From the human T2T-CHM13v2.0 reference genome, Homo sapiens: 64,000 nt of DNA. Shown piece after piece: positions 17,209 through 34,636 of the stretch. A program made the position numbers and the translations under genes. Under the pieces are notes generated by a model, which made no database searches, was not told the DNA's origin, and saw only the letters and a program-made list of their open reading frames with translations. How positions within the stretch are numbered: the stretch's first letter is position 1; every line of letters begins with the position of its first letter. The stretch lies in the NCBI RefSeq assembly GCF_009914755.1, contig NC_060930.1; one strand, written 5' to 3'.

Positions 17209-17238
<30 letters not shown>
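17209..17238. repeat. (GT)n microsatellite
   Basis: direct reading. Confidence 0.95.
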
Positions 17239-17241
<3 letters not shown>

Positions 17242-17617
17242 AAGCTGGCTTTATCAGAATTACTGGGTGATGGTATGGAAGAAAGAGAGGCTCTCAAAGG
17301 GCACTAAAAAGGATACTGAAGCTATGAATGAATGTCTAAAAGTGATTGAAGATGAGTGATATGGTTTCACTGTCCAAAAATATCTAAAGGGAATTAGCCT
17401 TTACGTATCAAGGAAAAAATAGTTTAATTAGAACATTTCCAGAAGTCCCTCTCACAATCTTTTCACTCATGTTCATACATAAACCCAGGCTGGTTGATTC
17501 CTTTTTGTTTGTACATGCTTTCCAACTTGGTCCATGTAGTTCCCACCACTTTCCCCTCTGCACATTGCAGTCCTACTCTTCTTTCAAAGAACTGTTTGAT
17601 CTCTATCTCCTATACGA

Positions 17618-17843
17618 CAGTGGCTTTAAACATTTTGATCATGACCCACAATAAGAAATGCATTTTATATCAAGTCCCAGTGAATGCAAAATACATGCAC
17701 ACAGACATCTGAAACAAAAGCTTCATTAAATTATACATACATGGACTGTATTTGATACTTCTATCCTACAAAGCCTAGTCATAACTACCTAAAATAATTT
17801 CATGATCACCAATGGGTCTTTATCCACTGTTTGAAAAATACTT
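17618..17843. mobile_element. hAT-Charlie-like non-autonomous DNA transposon fossil (family uncertain)
   Basis: Degenerate TIRs cagtggctttaaaca and tgtttgaaaaatactt; subterminal gacccac and atgggtc motifs. Confidence 0.55.
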
Positions 17844-18333
17844 CTCTGTAAAGTTTTCCATGATGATTCCAACACGCTGATCCTTCATTTGTCTAAACTC
17901 ATAGAAATTTTGTTGTTCTGACAACTTGTTGGGTACATATCAGTATACGACATTAATATATCTCCCTGTCCCCAATTAGGTTATCAGTCACTTGATGGAG
18001 GAGATTGTATGTTATATATTACTTTGTATTCTTCACAGTGTCTAATATAAAGGACACAAGTCCTTTCTAAGAAAAGAGTGCTGGGATTCTCTCTACAACT
18101 CACCAAAATATCTTCTGTCACATTTCCCATCTAAACTCTGAAATATAACCCAATTTTATTATTTGTGAATTTGGAATCAGAGCAGACTCTCATTCTCCTC
18201 AAATCCCCTGCTGTAATGGATGATATTTCTTCCTAGAGTTCTTAGTATTTTTCTGAGGGCCTTTAAAAAAATATAGAGCCAGAAATAAATAAGGTGAGGA
18301 GCATAGAACATATACATAATAGCCTAAATTCTT

Positions 18334-18626
<293 letters not shown>

Positions 18627-19219
18627 AATAGCCTAAATTCTTGAGTAGGAGTGGAGATAAGGGTAGGTTAGGCTAGTAGACTATTATGAGAAAGAAGAAG
18701 ATGAGTTTTTCCAGTATGTTTTTTCCTCCATTACATTTGGAAAAGGTAAATAAGAAGTTTACTCAAGCTGTGTCTACCTATACAAAACTGTGAAGCCAGA
18801 ATAAATGGAACCTCCCAGGGTACTGAAAGAAACCGAAGGAATCATTAGCTTGAAAGAGAAGTCTGCACTAGAAGGATCACCAGGACCCAAGCAGCAAAGA
18901 AGAGTGGTTGAAAGACTTGAAAGACAGGTTAAGTGTCGTCAGTGAGGCTGTGGTTATTAGGAAAATCAGGGTCAAGTTGTGACCCTGAGCTCATTGACCT
19001 CTTACAAAGAGGTAAAGGTGCTTCTTCTATAGCCAGTATATTTTTGAAGATTTGATTAAATACAAAAGATGATATCTTTGTGGCGAACAGGTTTACACAT
19101 AAGAACACTGAGACTATGACTGAGACCTGTGTCTGGCAACTCATGACCACATTTCACCTAGTCCTGGTGAGGCAGTTTTGGTTATTCATTAAAAATAGTA
19201 TCTGTGTTACTATTAATTG

Positions 19220-19362
19220 TTAATTAATCAGTAAAATCTGGCAAATGCTTGGGTCAAAAGTTTATACATACATTATTTTGAGACCAATTAATCTATGGTC
19301 TCAAAATAATGTACGTAGAAACTATTGACTCAAGCATTTGCTAGATTTTACTGATTAATTAA
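19220..19362. repeat. Long inverted repeat: 67-bp arms, 9-nt loop, 5 mismatches
   Basis: 19220-19286 is the reverse complement of 19296-19362 at 62/67 positions. Confidence 0.95.
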
Positions 19363-20145
19363 ATTGGGTAGATTTGTTCATTCATTGGAAAATAGTGTTT
19401 GAGCAAGATAGAATTTGGGTATCTGAAAGGAAACCAAGACAGGTGATACCTTAGCGCCTACATGGAGCCGATCTTCTTCTTGGCATTCTTTTGGCTTTTG
19501 TAAATGAATTTCTTCTTTCTCAAGGCTCACGGTAGGATTTTAGTATTGACACCTGGACCTACGTTTGGCCACTTGATCATGATGTTGGAGGCTAAGCAGA
19601 GAATACCCTAGATCAATGCTCAAGTAGGAAATGCTCCTGATTGGGTGCTTTCTGGTACCCAATCCAAAGGTATGAACCAACTTAGAATCCAGGTTAGGCA
19701 TTTACCAGCTGCCTGATTGAGCCTCTTTTTCTCATTCAGTAGAGAAGGGGTAATTCTCTTTGACCTATTTTATAGGGTTGCTGGGTTGAGATCATTTCTA
19801 AACTAGGAAGAGCTATATAAATATAAGATATTATAACACTTTAATATAATTAATTAGTGCCTTTTCATAAGCAATGCAGGTGAGCTAAAGTTATTTAAAA
19901 CAAGGTGAAAGCCTCTCTTTAAGATCATTTTTGCATTTTATGAGTTCTTATAGAATCAACCTTACTATGATCCTAAACTTTTGTTCTCAGAAACATTCAA
20001 AATATTATAGCATGTAGCAGACTATATAAGTCATATCTGTGATATTAATATTTGTTAGGTTTACTATCTGGTGTGCCACTTTCCCTACTCAATCTTCTAA
20101 AAAAATATTAAATTACATTTTGATATGGTATCCCAGAGCAGTGTC

Positions 20146-20442
20146 TTTTTTTATTGTTGTTCATTTTTTGAGACAGGGTCTTGCTCTGTCACCCAGGCTG
20201 GAGTGCAGTGGCACAACCTTGGCTCACTGTAGCCTCCATCTTGAGCCATCCTCCCACCTCAGCCTCCTGAGTAGCTAGGACTACAGGCCCACACCATCAT
20301 TTCCGGCTAATTTTTTTAGTTCTTAGGATCTCATTTTGTTGCCCAGGCTGGTCTCATACTCCTGGGCTCAATACTCCTGGTCTCATACTGCCTTGGCCTC
20401 CCAAAGTGCTGGAATGACTGGTGTGAGCAACTGCATCTGGCC
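20146..20442 (-). mobile_element. AluJ SINE
   Basis: TSD agagcagtgtctttt (20135-20149) / agaacagtgactttt (20443-20457). Confidence 0.92.
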
Positions 20443-21162
20443 AGAACAGTGACTTTTAAATGTACTTCTCCAAAGGGTGATGAGGAGGGGGTAAGAAAAA
20501 CAACAATGTCTTGAATTATGAAAAATTTCAATGTCCAGATACTTGAGAAGATGTGGAAGAACTGTAGCACTATGCATTACTAGAATTAAAGTAATTATTT
20601 ACATTAGATATATTAAAATATCATTATAAACCAGCTTGCTAAAATTATGAACTTAGTTATACATGAATTCTGTCCTTTTTTCAAACATAATTTTATTTTA
20701 AAACCCTAAAATGTTATGATCAAAATACTCATATTTCCTGACATCAGCATTATAACAGCTCTCAAGTCCTCCTAGTTGGGTAAAACAGTTAAGTCTTTGT
20801 GGCCTTGGTTGCCAGCTTGACAGATTCCATTTAACCAGGCCTGTCTTCTCATGCTTCTGCTTGGGCCAGCCAATCTGCTAATAAGGAAGAAGAGGAATTG
20901 AAAATATTGTTCAGTTTCTGTTCATGTATATTTTTAAGGATTGTCTGGGATTCTCAAGAACTCGAACACCATCCCAGGAAGTGAGCCCAAAGTAGGCTAT
21001 GAACGATGGCAGTGTTTAGATTAAGAAAACGTTAAGTTCAGAATTTGAAGTCCTGGTTGCTTAAATCTTCATTTGCTACTTCTAGTTAAATGGATGAAAT
21101 TAGCTCAAGGGACAAAGTTAAGGACTCCTGCCATTTTCTAGTTTGAGCCTCTGTTCTTTGAT

Positions 21163-21517
21163 ATGAGTTAGAAGTCTTTTAGCTGCAAGGGAATAAAACC
21201 CAACTTACGCTGGTTGAAGCAAAAAACAAGTGAAACCAGGGTGGGAAGGTAGTGGGGGGACTCACTGGCACCTGTCACTGAATTGTCAGGGACTACTCTG
21301 AATTCAGGCTTTACTAGATCCAAAGACGTGGGTAATAGTAAAAGTATCGGTAGTGATCTCTCGGTTACACTGGCTTCTGTGTGGTTTCATCTTTTCAGGC
21401 AGGCTCTCCTGATAAACTAGCAACATGGCTGCTCTTAATTCACATACTCCAAGCTTAGTAATTCTTAGCAGAAACAAAAAATTTCCTTGACAGGCCATTG
21501 ATAGTTCCAGGATTCAA

Positions 21518-21519
<2 letters not shown>
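21163..21519. mobile_element. Old MLT1 (J/K-like) LTR, first part; continues at about 25552-25810 after the L1PA7
   Basis: agctgcaagggaataaaacccaactt...aggcaggctctcc...caacatggctgc motifs; distal agcagaaaacaacagatac. Confidence 0.5.
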
Positions 21520-25551
<4,032 letters not shown>

Positions 25552-26519
25552 CCAGGATTCAATCTTACTGCTAAGACTTTATTCAGTGCCTGTCACCAAA
25601 GCAGTCCCTGTTGAGAGGGGATGGAATTTCTTGGCTGGGTGTGGCTTATGATTCCATATGGTTGGTGAGAGATAAGGGTGAGGATGGTAGTGGTGGTTGG
25701 GGAAGGGGTTTAGATGTCCAGAATCACAAGAACAGAGAAGGGCTAAGTCAAAGTACTATTACCAAAAAGAAGGATAGCCAGAGAGCAGAAAACAACAGAT
25801 ACTTACTGTGTGTGTTTGTAAGTTACTTTAAAAATAGTTTTTTCATAAATTGACTGTCTTCACATTTCTGTGAGTAGGATTATTTTTAAAAGACCAGAAT
25901 TCAAGTGCCAATGCCATTTACTTGGATTCTCAGTTTGTTAAGAAAGTGAAAATGTTTTGGAAACCATAAAGTGCTATATTCATGAAAGTGACATATTTAA
26001 AAGTTTTTTAGTTCCTTCTCTGCTGTTAGTCATAATATGTCACTGTCATAAATGTAAATAATCATGAAAAAATAATACCACTCTCACGATTACCTGACAC
26101 TTTACAGAAAAGGCTATTTCTATTTTTGAAACAGAAGAATGGTTATTAGAAGTGTCATGATAGTGTTAAAACAATTTAAAGGAGAAAAAGAATGAATCTT
26201 AGATCATGAAGTTACTTAATACCCTACAATATACTGCAAGGAAAAATCTTGCCTTTAAATCTCCTTTCTTATTCTAAGACTGAGACTTGAGTCACATGTA
26301 TAAATTTGCCTTTTAGTGTTATAAAAGTATGTGAATAAGTACAAGTACAAACACATTAATATATAAAATAAATATAGAAAACCTATTATTGAATTTCAGC
26401 TATTTAGAGCATGTTATAGTTCTGTTAAATTTGGAAATTGAATATAGAGATAGTTGTGGAAACAAACATATGTTTCTCGATTTTTTTATTACCAGTGTTT
26501 TAAGAAGAAAAAATTGATC

Positions 26520-26660
26520 ATAGCCCAATTCCCACTCTGTTAGTAGTTAGCTGTTACCTTGGATGAAGTCACCTCATCTCCTCAGGCCTAGTATCCTCAT
26601 CTGGAAATTGAAGAAATTTAATTAAATGCTATATAAGGCTGCTTTCAGTTCTAAAATCCT
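26520..26660 (+). mobile_element. MIR3-like SINE
   Basis: accttggatgaagtcacctcatctcctcaggcctagtatcctcatctggaaattg...ttcagttctaaaat. Confidence 0.6.
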
Positions 26661-27703
26661 GCAATTTATGCAAGTTTTGAAAATGCTAGGTCATAAAATA
26701 TTATTTTTGGGAGGAAGTGAAGTAGGTAAACTGCCAATGGCAGAAGCACATATTTTAAATATTCCCTGCATCTAATATGGTTACTTGATTCTGTCCAAAC
26801 TACTGTGAAAACACACGTGATTGTGTAGCTATTTCTGTGACCTGCATATTAAAAGGTTTAAATTCTCAGATGTTCCAAGAGCAGCCGTGTGATTTCGAAC
26901 AGGAAATTTGATTCAACTTTTCTTTCCAGAAGGAATGAAAGTCAAGGGTAGGTCGATAAGGATTACAATGGTGGGTACCTACTGTGATCAATTTGAAATG
27001 TTTCAAAAACACATGGTTGGTTATTTGAGAGCAATTTTATTGAACTGACCAGTCTGTGGCAAATTACTTCATGTTACCACGTACGCCAAATTCCTTGTCC
27101 CCTTTTTCTCTTGCCACCTTCCTCTCTCCTATTTTCTCTCTCCTATCTCTCCTATTCTATTTGCAGGAGAAATCTGCTCACTCCTTTAGTTATTTTCTTT
27201 TTTCACCATCTAATTGACTCTACATGCTGCTATCCAGGCACAGCCCTTTGAGAATGTTTCCCAACCAGAAAAGAAAACAATAATAGAAGTGGCTACAAAA
27301 TATAATTTTTTCCCTGACTATTAATGCAGGAGGAAAAGGTCTAATGGGTTGCAGATTTCTTCCTATTTGAATAGCGTGACCGTGACCAATTAAAAAGGAA
27401 CCCCTCAGCTGAAGTTGCATTTCCTTAGCTCCCCTCCATCAGGGCAGGGCCTGGGCTCGGGTGAGGGCTGGCTGGTGTTCTATGTATGGAAAGAGGAATG
27501 ATGTGCAAATGGGTAGAGGTTTCAGTGACAGGGAGGAGAGCAGAGTTCTTTAAACTATTATTAAGAATAAGGCAGCAAGACTCCAGTCACCCTGCTAACC
27601 ATTAAATTTTTTTGGCTGTCTGCCAGCATGTTTCAGTATTTCTTTGAAGCTTTCTTGTACTTATTGCAGTAGAGTAATTAAAGTGTACCTTTTCATCTTT
27701 ACC

Positions 27704-27709
27704 TACACA

Positions 27710-27758
<49 letters not shown>
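27704..27758. repeat. Interrupted (CA)n microsatellite
   Basis: direct reading. Confidence 0.95.
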
Positions 27759-28081
27759 CAATCCATTTTACTCTGACATAGACTTGCTGCGGGCGGGGCT
27801 TGGGGGCCCAGAGGTTGGGGGAGATGCAAATTCTCTCTGGAGCCCTCCTGAGACCTAGGAATGAACTGCACCTAGGAAACGTCTCAGGGCTGGGGCTGCA
27901 GCACTGATTCTTTTGAGCTCTTTGGTTTCTGCATCTCTCCCTTTAAAATATTTCTCTAATACATCCAAAGATGTTTCATAGGTGGTTGGGAGCTAGATTT
28001 TACAAAGAAGCTGCACCCCTGTGGCATTTAAAAATGTACACCTTGGTGGCCAGATAGGCAGCTGAAATTTCTGCTTCCCAA

Positions 28082-28272
28082 TTTGGTATTTTAGCCTTTT
28101 ACCTGATCAAATGATATTTCTTTTGGAAAGATAAAATTGAACCATATATATATATATATGGTTATAAATATATAAATATATATAATAGAAATATATATTT
28201 ATAAATATATGGTTCAATTTTATCTTTCCAAAAGAAGCATCATTTGATCAGATAAAAGCCTAAAATACCAAA
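28082..28272. repeat. Long inverted repeat: 68-bp arms with a (TA)-rich spacer
   Basis: 28082-28149 is the reverse complement of 28205-28272 at 64/68 positions. Confidence 0.95.
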
Positions 28273-29687
28273 CTATATATATATAATATATAATATGTAA
28301 CAAATATATAATATATAATATATATTCAATTGCTTAGAAACCTCTCTCAAAATATGGTCTTTACCATAATTACATTGATAATATTAATTTTTTTAAAACC
28401 CAAGAATGTTTTTCCTTTTATCTCTCCTTTCTCTCCAGTCAACTAAAAATACTTACACCATCACCACCTCCACCACCACAAAAACAGTAAGAAAATACTG
28501 AAAACCCAAAGGTTGTTTTCTCTTAGGATATTTCAACTTCAGTATTAACAATTACTATGGTGTTGTTTTCTAATGTTTGGGTTTAATTCAATCAGTAGTC
28601 CTTCTGAGGAAGATTGAAAAAAAAAACAAAGATATTGAAGACAAAGCAAATTGTGTAGAGAGGAATATGATTTTTTCCTTATATGATCTTACAGATTTTA
28701 TTATACTTGTCCTTTTACGTATGGTCTGTAATAAAATAATGTTGATCCTTAAATAAATTCTATATAATAGCGACAAAGCTGACTTTCATCATTAGTTGGG
28801 ATAATCAGATCCACATTAATTACTATTGTTGTTCCAAGAAGAAATTTGAGTTCAGCATATCTCATGGCAAGAGAGGATGCCATCTTTTGCTCTGAAGGAG
28901 AAATTCTTGCCTTCTCTCCACCCCCATGTGTATTCAGGTGTGTAAGAAATGGTCTGATCGTCTTACACAAATAAATATGTAAAGTACAAGGTCTATTTTG
29001 GTGGATGGGAAATAGACCAAAGGAGAAGATAGGAGGAAATCCCAGAACTGTAACTCTTAGATTCCTTACAAAACTATTGCCAACTTTCTACAGAGTCTCC
29101 AGGTGTTCTAAGGTGGCGATGTTTTAATAGAATACATTATACCTGTAAAAATTTGCCTTAAAAGGCAAGTTACAGTACTTTTGTTTTGGTAACTGTAAGT
29201 GTTGGATTTTCCACTGGCAGGTGAAGGGACACTTTGCAGGGGTGGGCTGCAGGCGCAGTGCCAGCATGCCAACTTCTGGCAGCTGGCTGGAAATTGATAT
29301 GTTTTTACGGACATGTTCATTAATTCTAATTTTCTCTGGTACCTGAACCACTAAATTTGTGGCTTTCAAATTTCCAAGAGGGTTGATTATAATCTTTAAG
29401 GTCTCTTCCAGCATCATGGCATTGATTTCATTGATGAGATAAGGGAGATGGTTTCATTTTGAGGGCTGGATTGTCCTGATAATGACTCTACCTTAATTGC
29501 CTTCATGAGTTACAGGATCAAGACCTTGGTGGAGGACTCAGACCACCTGAGAGCAGACACTGTATATCGCTGCATAAGTAACATTTGGATGCAGTGGGTG
29601 GAGTTTGTGAATTTCTACGCTGTGCTTGATTCTGACCCCTCAGGGTACCAAGAAGCAGTTCACAATCAGAAATGTCAAGACTAATCC

Positions 29688-31760
29688 AATATTTAGAAAA
29701 ACCTAAAGACTTAAGCAAAAACATGTCAGAACTGATAAAAAAATTCGGTAAAATTGCAGGGTACAAAATCAACATGCAAAAATCAGCAACATTTCTATAC
29801 ACCAGTAGCATTCTTATGCAGCAACAGCAAATAATCTGAAAAAGAAAGTAAGAAAGCAGTCTTATTTACAGTAGCTACAAAAAACTTAAAATACTTAGGA
29901 ATAAATTTAACCAAAGAAGTGAAAGATCTCTGCAATTAAACTATAAAACACTGATGAAAGAAATTGAAGAAGACACACAAAAAAATGGAAAGATATCCTA
30001 TGCTAATGTATTGGAAGAAATAATATTGTGTAAAATGTCCATACTACCCCAAATGATCTCCAGATTCAATGCAATCTTCATCAAAACACCAAAGACAATC
30101 TTCGAAGGAATAGAAAAAAAAATCATAAAGTTTGTATGGAATCACAAAAGACCCCAAATAGCCAAAGTATCCTGAGCACAAAGAACAAAGGTAGAGGGAT
30201 CACATTACCAGACTTCAAAACATACTACAAAGCTATAGTAACCAAAACAGCATGGTGCTGGCATAAAAACAGACACATAGATTAATGGAACAGAATAGAG
30301 AACCCAGAAATAAATCTACACATTTATAGCCAACTCATTTTTGACAAGGGCACCATGAAATTTTATTGGGATAAGGACAATCCCTTCAATAGATGGTTCT
30401 GGGAAAACTAAATATCCATAAGCAGAAGAATGAAACTAGACCCCTATCTCTTACCATATAAAAATCAAATAAAAATGGATTAAAGATTTAAGTGCAAAAC
30501 CCAAAACTATAAAAAACCTAGAAGAAAACACTGGGGAAATGCTTCAGGACATTGGTCTGGGAAAAGACTTTCTGGGTGGGACCTCAAAAGCACAGGCAAC
30601 AAAAGCAAGAATTGACAAATGGGATTGCCTCAAGCTAAAAAGTTTTTATACAACAAAGGAAACAGTAAACAGAATGGACAGACAACTGACAGAATGGGAG
30701 AAAATATTTGCAAACTGTCTATCTGACAGGAGATTAATAACCAGAATGTATAAGGAACTCAAACAACTTAATAGCCAAAACACAAATAATCAGAATTTTT
30801 AAAAAAATGGACAAAAGTATGAATAGACATTTTTCAAAAGAAGACATTCAAATGCCAACAGGTATATGAAAAATGCACGACTTCAATAATTATCAGGAAA
30901 ACGCAAAGTAAAACCACAGTGAGATATCATCTCATCCTAGTTAAAATGGCCACTATAAAAAAGACAAAAAAAATTCTGATGAGGGTTTGGAGAAATGGGA
31001 ATGTTACTACACTGTAGGAATGTGACTTAGTACAGCCACTATGGAAAACAGGGTGAAGGTTTCTCAAAAAACTAAAAATAGAGCTACTGTATGATCCAGC
31101 AATCCTATTGCGTGGTACAGTGTCAAAAGAAAGGAAATCAGTATACTGAAGAGATATCTGTACTCACATGTTTCTTGCAGCACAATTCACAATAGCTAAG
31201 ATATAGAACCTTCTTAAGTGTCCATCAGCAGATGAATGGATAAGCAAATGTGATATATATACACAATGGAATATTATTCAGCCATAAAAAATTCTATCAT
31301 TTGCAGCAACACAGATGGAACTGGGGGACATTCTGTTACGTGAAATAAGTCAAGAACAGAAAGATAAATTATCACATGTTCTCATTTAGATGTGGGAGCT
31401 AAAAATGTTGATCTCATGAAGGTAGAGAGTAGAATAATGGTTACCAGAGGTTGAGAAGGGTAGGGGGAAGGGAGAATGAAGAGAGGTTGGTTAATGGGTG
31501 CAAAAATACAGTTTGATAGAAGGAATAAGTTTTAGTGTTTGATAGCACAGTAGGGTGACAGTAGTTAACAATAATTTATTATATATTTCAAAATAGCTAG
31601 AAGAGTGGATTTGGAATGTTCCCAACACAAAGCAATGATTGATTAATATTTGAGGTGATGGATATCAAATTATGCTCACTTGATCATTACACATTGTATG
31701 CATGTATCAAAATATCACTTGTACCCCACAAACATGAACAATTATGTATCAGTAAAAAAG
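29688..31760 (+). mobile_element. 5'-truncated L1MA3/4-like LINE-1
   Basis: Degenerate ORF2 C-terminal peptides ([15 protein letters not shown]) and an L1MA 3' UTR. Confidence 0.9.
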
Positions 31761-32022
31761 TAAAGTCATGATAAGCAGTATTTTTTTAATGTTTAACTTA
31801 CACGAAGAAAACCACCACCACAAAAACATTGTTTTTAACAAAACAAAATCAAAACAGCATTCAGTTGCCAACCTTGGAATATGTTTATACTTTAAAATTA
31901 TTTTAGTTAATATTTACTTTTACTCAACAAAAATACTACAGCATTAACACTTTTTGGGACAAAAAAATAGCTTCAAAGGTGATGTTTTGTCCACTAAAAT
32001 ATTCCATTAAAAGTTTGATTTT

Positions 32023-32346
<324 letters not shown>

Positions 32347-32599
32347 TCATTTTCATAATTTTGAGTAAATTCAGAACCATCTGGAGTGTAGCTATGTCAA
32401 TGTTTTCTATTAAAATTACATGAACAGAACAGATACCTTAAACACTAAACTCAAGGATACTTATCTAGTAAGTGGATAGTCTGGAACTCAGATTCAGCCC
32501 TCTGATTTTAAAACCAACTTTCTTACACCAAAATATGTGTGTGTCTAGATGTGTGTACAGTACTGTATATTGTATACTTCTGCTGCTGATGTTGTTGGG

Positions 32600-34063
32600 C
32601 TAACATTTTATTTTGTATTTTTTTGCATTTCTGTTTATGTGTGAGATTGATGTAAACTTTCTTCTCGATTGATAACAAGTTTACATAAGGCAACTAAGGG
32701 TTTTCTGGGTGATCTGTTGCTTATTAGTGATCTATTAAATTCATTTTGACTCTAACACTGTATTTACCATTTGTTCCTAAGGTTTACATTTTCCGTTACT
32801 CTTTTTTTAGCTTTTGACCTAAACATTTTACTACTCTTTTCCCTCAGTTTTTCTTTTTGTTTTTAAATGAACACTTTTAAGACCATAAATTTAATACTAG
32901 GTATTACTTTTGCTACATTCTACAGTTTTAAATATGTTACTTTTATCATTTTCATGTTACTTTCATTGTTTGGTTTTATTTATTTCAAGTGTGTTTTATA
33001 ATTTTTATTGTGTTTTTTTAAGCTAATGAGTTATTTAAACATCCCTGTCTAAATTTCCAAGTAAATGACGAACTTTATTTATTGTTGAATTCTATTTTGT
33101 GTTTCTTTTTCTGAGAATATGACCTTTGTGATACTGGTTTTTTAAAAAATTTATGTTTTAATTTAAGACCCACTATGTGGGTCAAATATTTTATAAATGT
33201 TCCATATGGGCTTGATACTAACGCATATTTTAATGATTAATTCAGAATATTTAAATATAAATTATACATTTTTATCACAGAGAAATCATATATTATCAGG
33301 TTTATGATTTTGTTCTGCAAATCCTCTTATTTTTTAATAGATTTTTTTCTGTTTCTGAGACAAATATATTAAACTATCCAAACAATGATTTTTTTGTGAT
33401 TTTTTAAACAATTCTATTAGTTTTTTTAATGTTTTTAAAAGTCAAGTTGTTAAATGCATGAAGTATATAATATTGTTTTTTCTAGTAATGTAATATTACT
33501 TGTTTTGCTGTAATATTACTTGTTTATTAATTTGTCTGACTTCAAATAATACTTCAATGATTTTATAATATAGTTAGAAAATATAGTTAGCCAATAGTTA
33601 TAGTTAATTAGATTTAATTAGGATTTGCTGCATAATTTTTTTCTATTCTTTTATTTTTTGTCTTTCTGATTCTGTTTTAAATTGGGTTTTGAATATTTAA
33701 TGCAATCTGATAATCTGATCATGGATTTACTTTGTTTACATTTATTCTGATATATTTGGATTTGTCTCATTTATTTTTCCTTTTTTCTTCCTTTTCTTCC
33801 CTCCTTTTTCTGACTTGCATTAGTTTGATAAAGGTTATATATTTTCTTTTCCCCCATCTTGTAATAATTTAAAGCCATTCTTTGTATCTGTATTAAATTT
33901 TACTTTTATTTTATTATTTACCTTTAATTTTTAGTACATATACTTAGTTATAAAATCTTCTAAAAATTCCAAAATTATTCAATCACCTATCAAACACAAA
34001 AAAGGATCTTGGCTTTTTTTTTTTCGCTGTCTAATAAACAACTTCCATTTTACATTGCTATTT
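32600..34063 (-). mobile_element. Ancient L1M(E)-like remnant; probably continues at about 41540-42400
   Basis: Very T-rich with degenerate antisense L1 ORF2 motifs; distal part has ctttgaagatactattccattgtcttctg, an L1M ORF1-region antisense motif. Confidence 0.45.
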
Positions 34064-34500
34064 CCAACTTTATTTTATTTATTAATTTTTTTGAAGTTTA
34101 GTTCTGTGGTGCTTTTTAAATTTTATTTTTTTTATTTTTCCATAAGTTATTGGAGTACAGATGGTATTTGGTTACATGAGTAAGTTCTTTAGTGGTGATT
34201 TGTGAGATTTTGGTGCATCCATCACCTGAACAGTATACACTGCACCATATTTGTAGTCTTTTACCCCTCTGCCTCCCACTCTTCCTCCCAAGTCCCCAGA
34301 GTCCATTGTATCTTTCTTATGCTTGGCACCCTTATGGCTTAGCTCCCACTTATTAGTGAGAACATACAATGTTTGGCTTCCCATTCCTGAGTTACTTCAC
34401 TTAGAGTAATAGTCTCCAATCTCCTCCATGTCACTGCAAATGCTGTTAATTCATTCCTTTTCATGGCTGAGTAGTATTCCATCATATATTTATATATGTG

Positions 34501-34636
34501 TATATATACACATATGTATATGTATATATGTGTGTATATATACACATATGTATATGTATATATGTGTGTATATATACACATATGTATATGTATATATGTG
34601 TGTATATATACACATATGTATATGTATATATGTGTG
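34501..34636. repeat. Minisatellite: four perfect copies of a 34-bp TA/TG/CA unit
   Basis: tatatatacacatatgtatatgtatatatgtgtg starts at 34501, 34535, 34569 and 34603. Confidence 0.95.
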
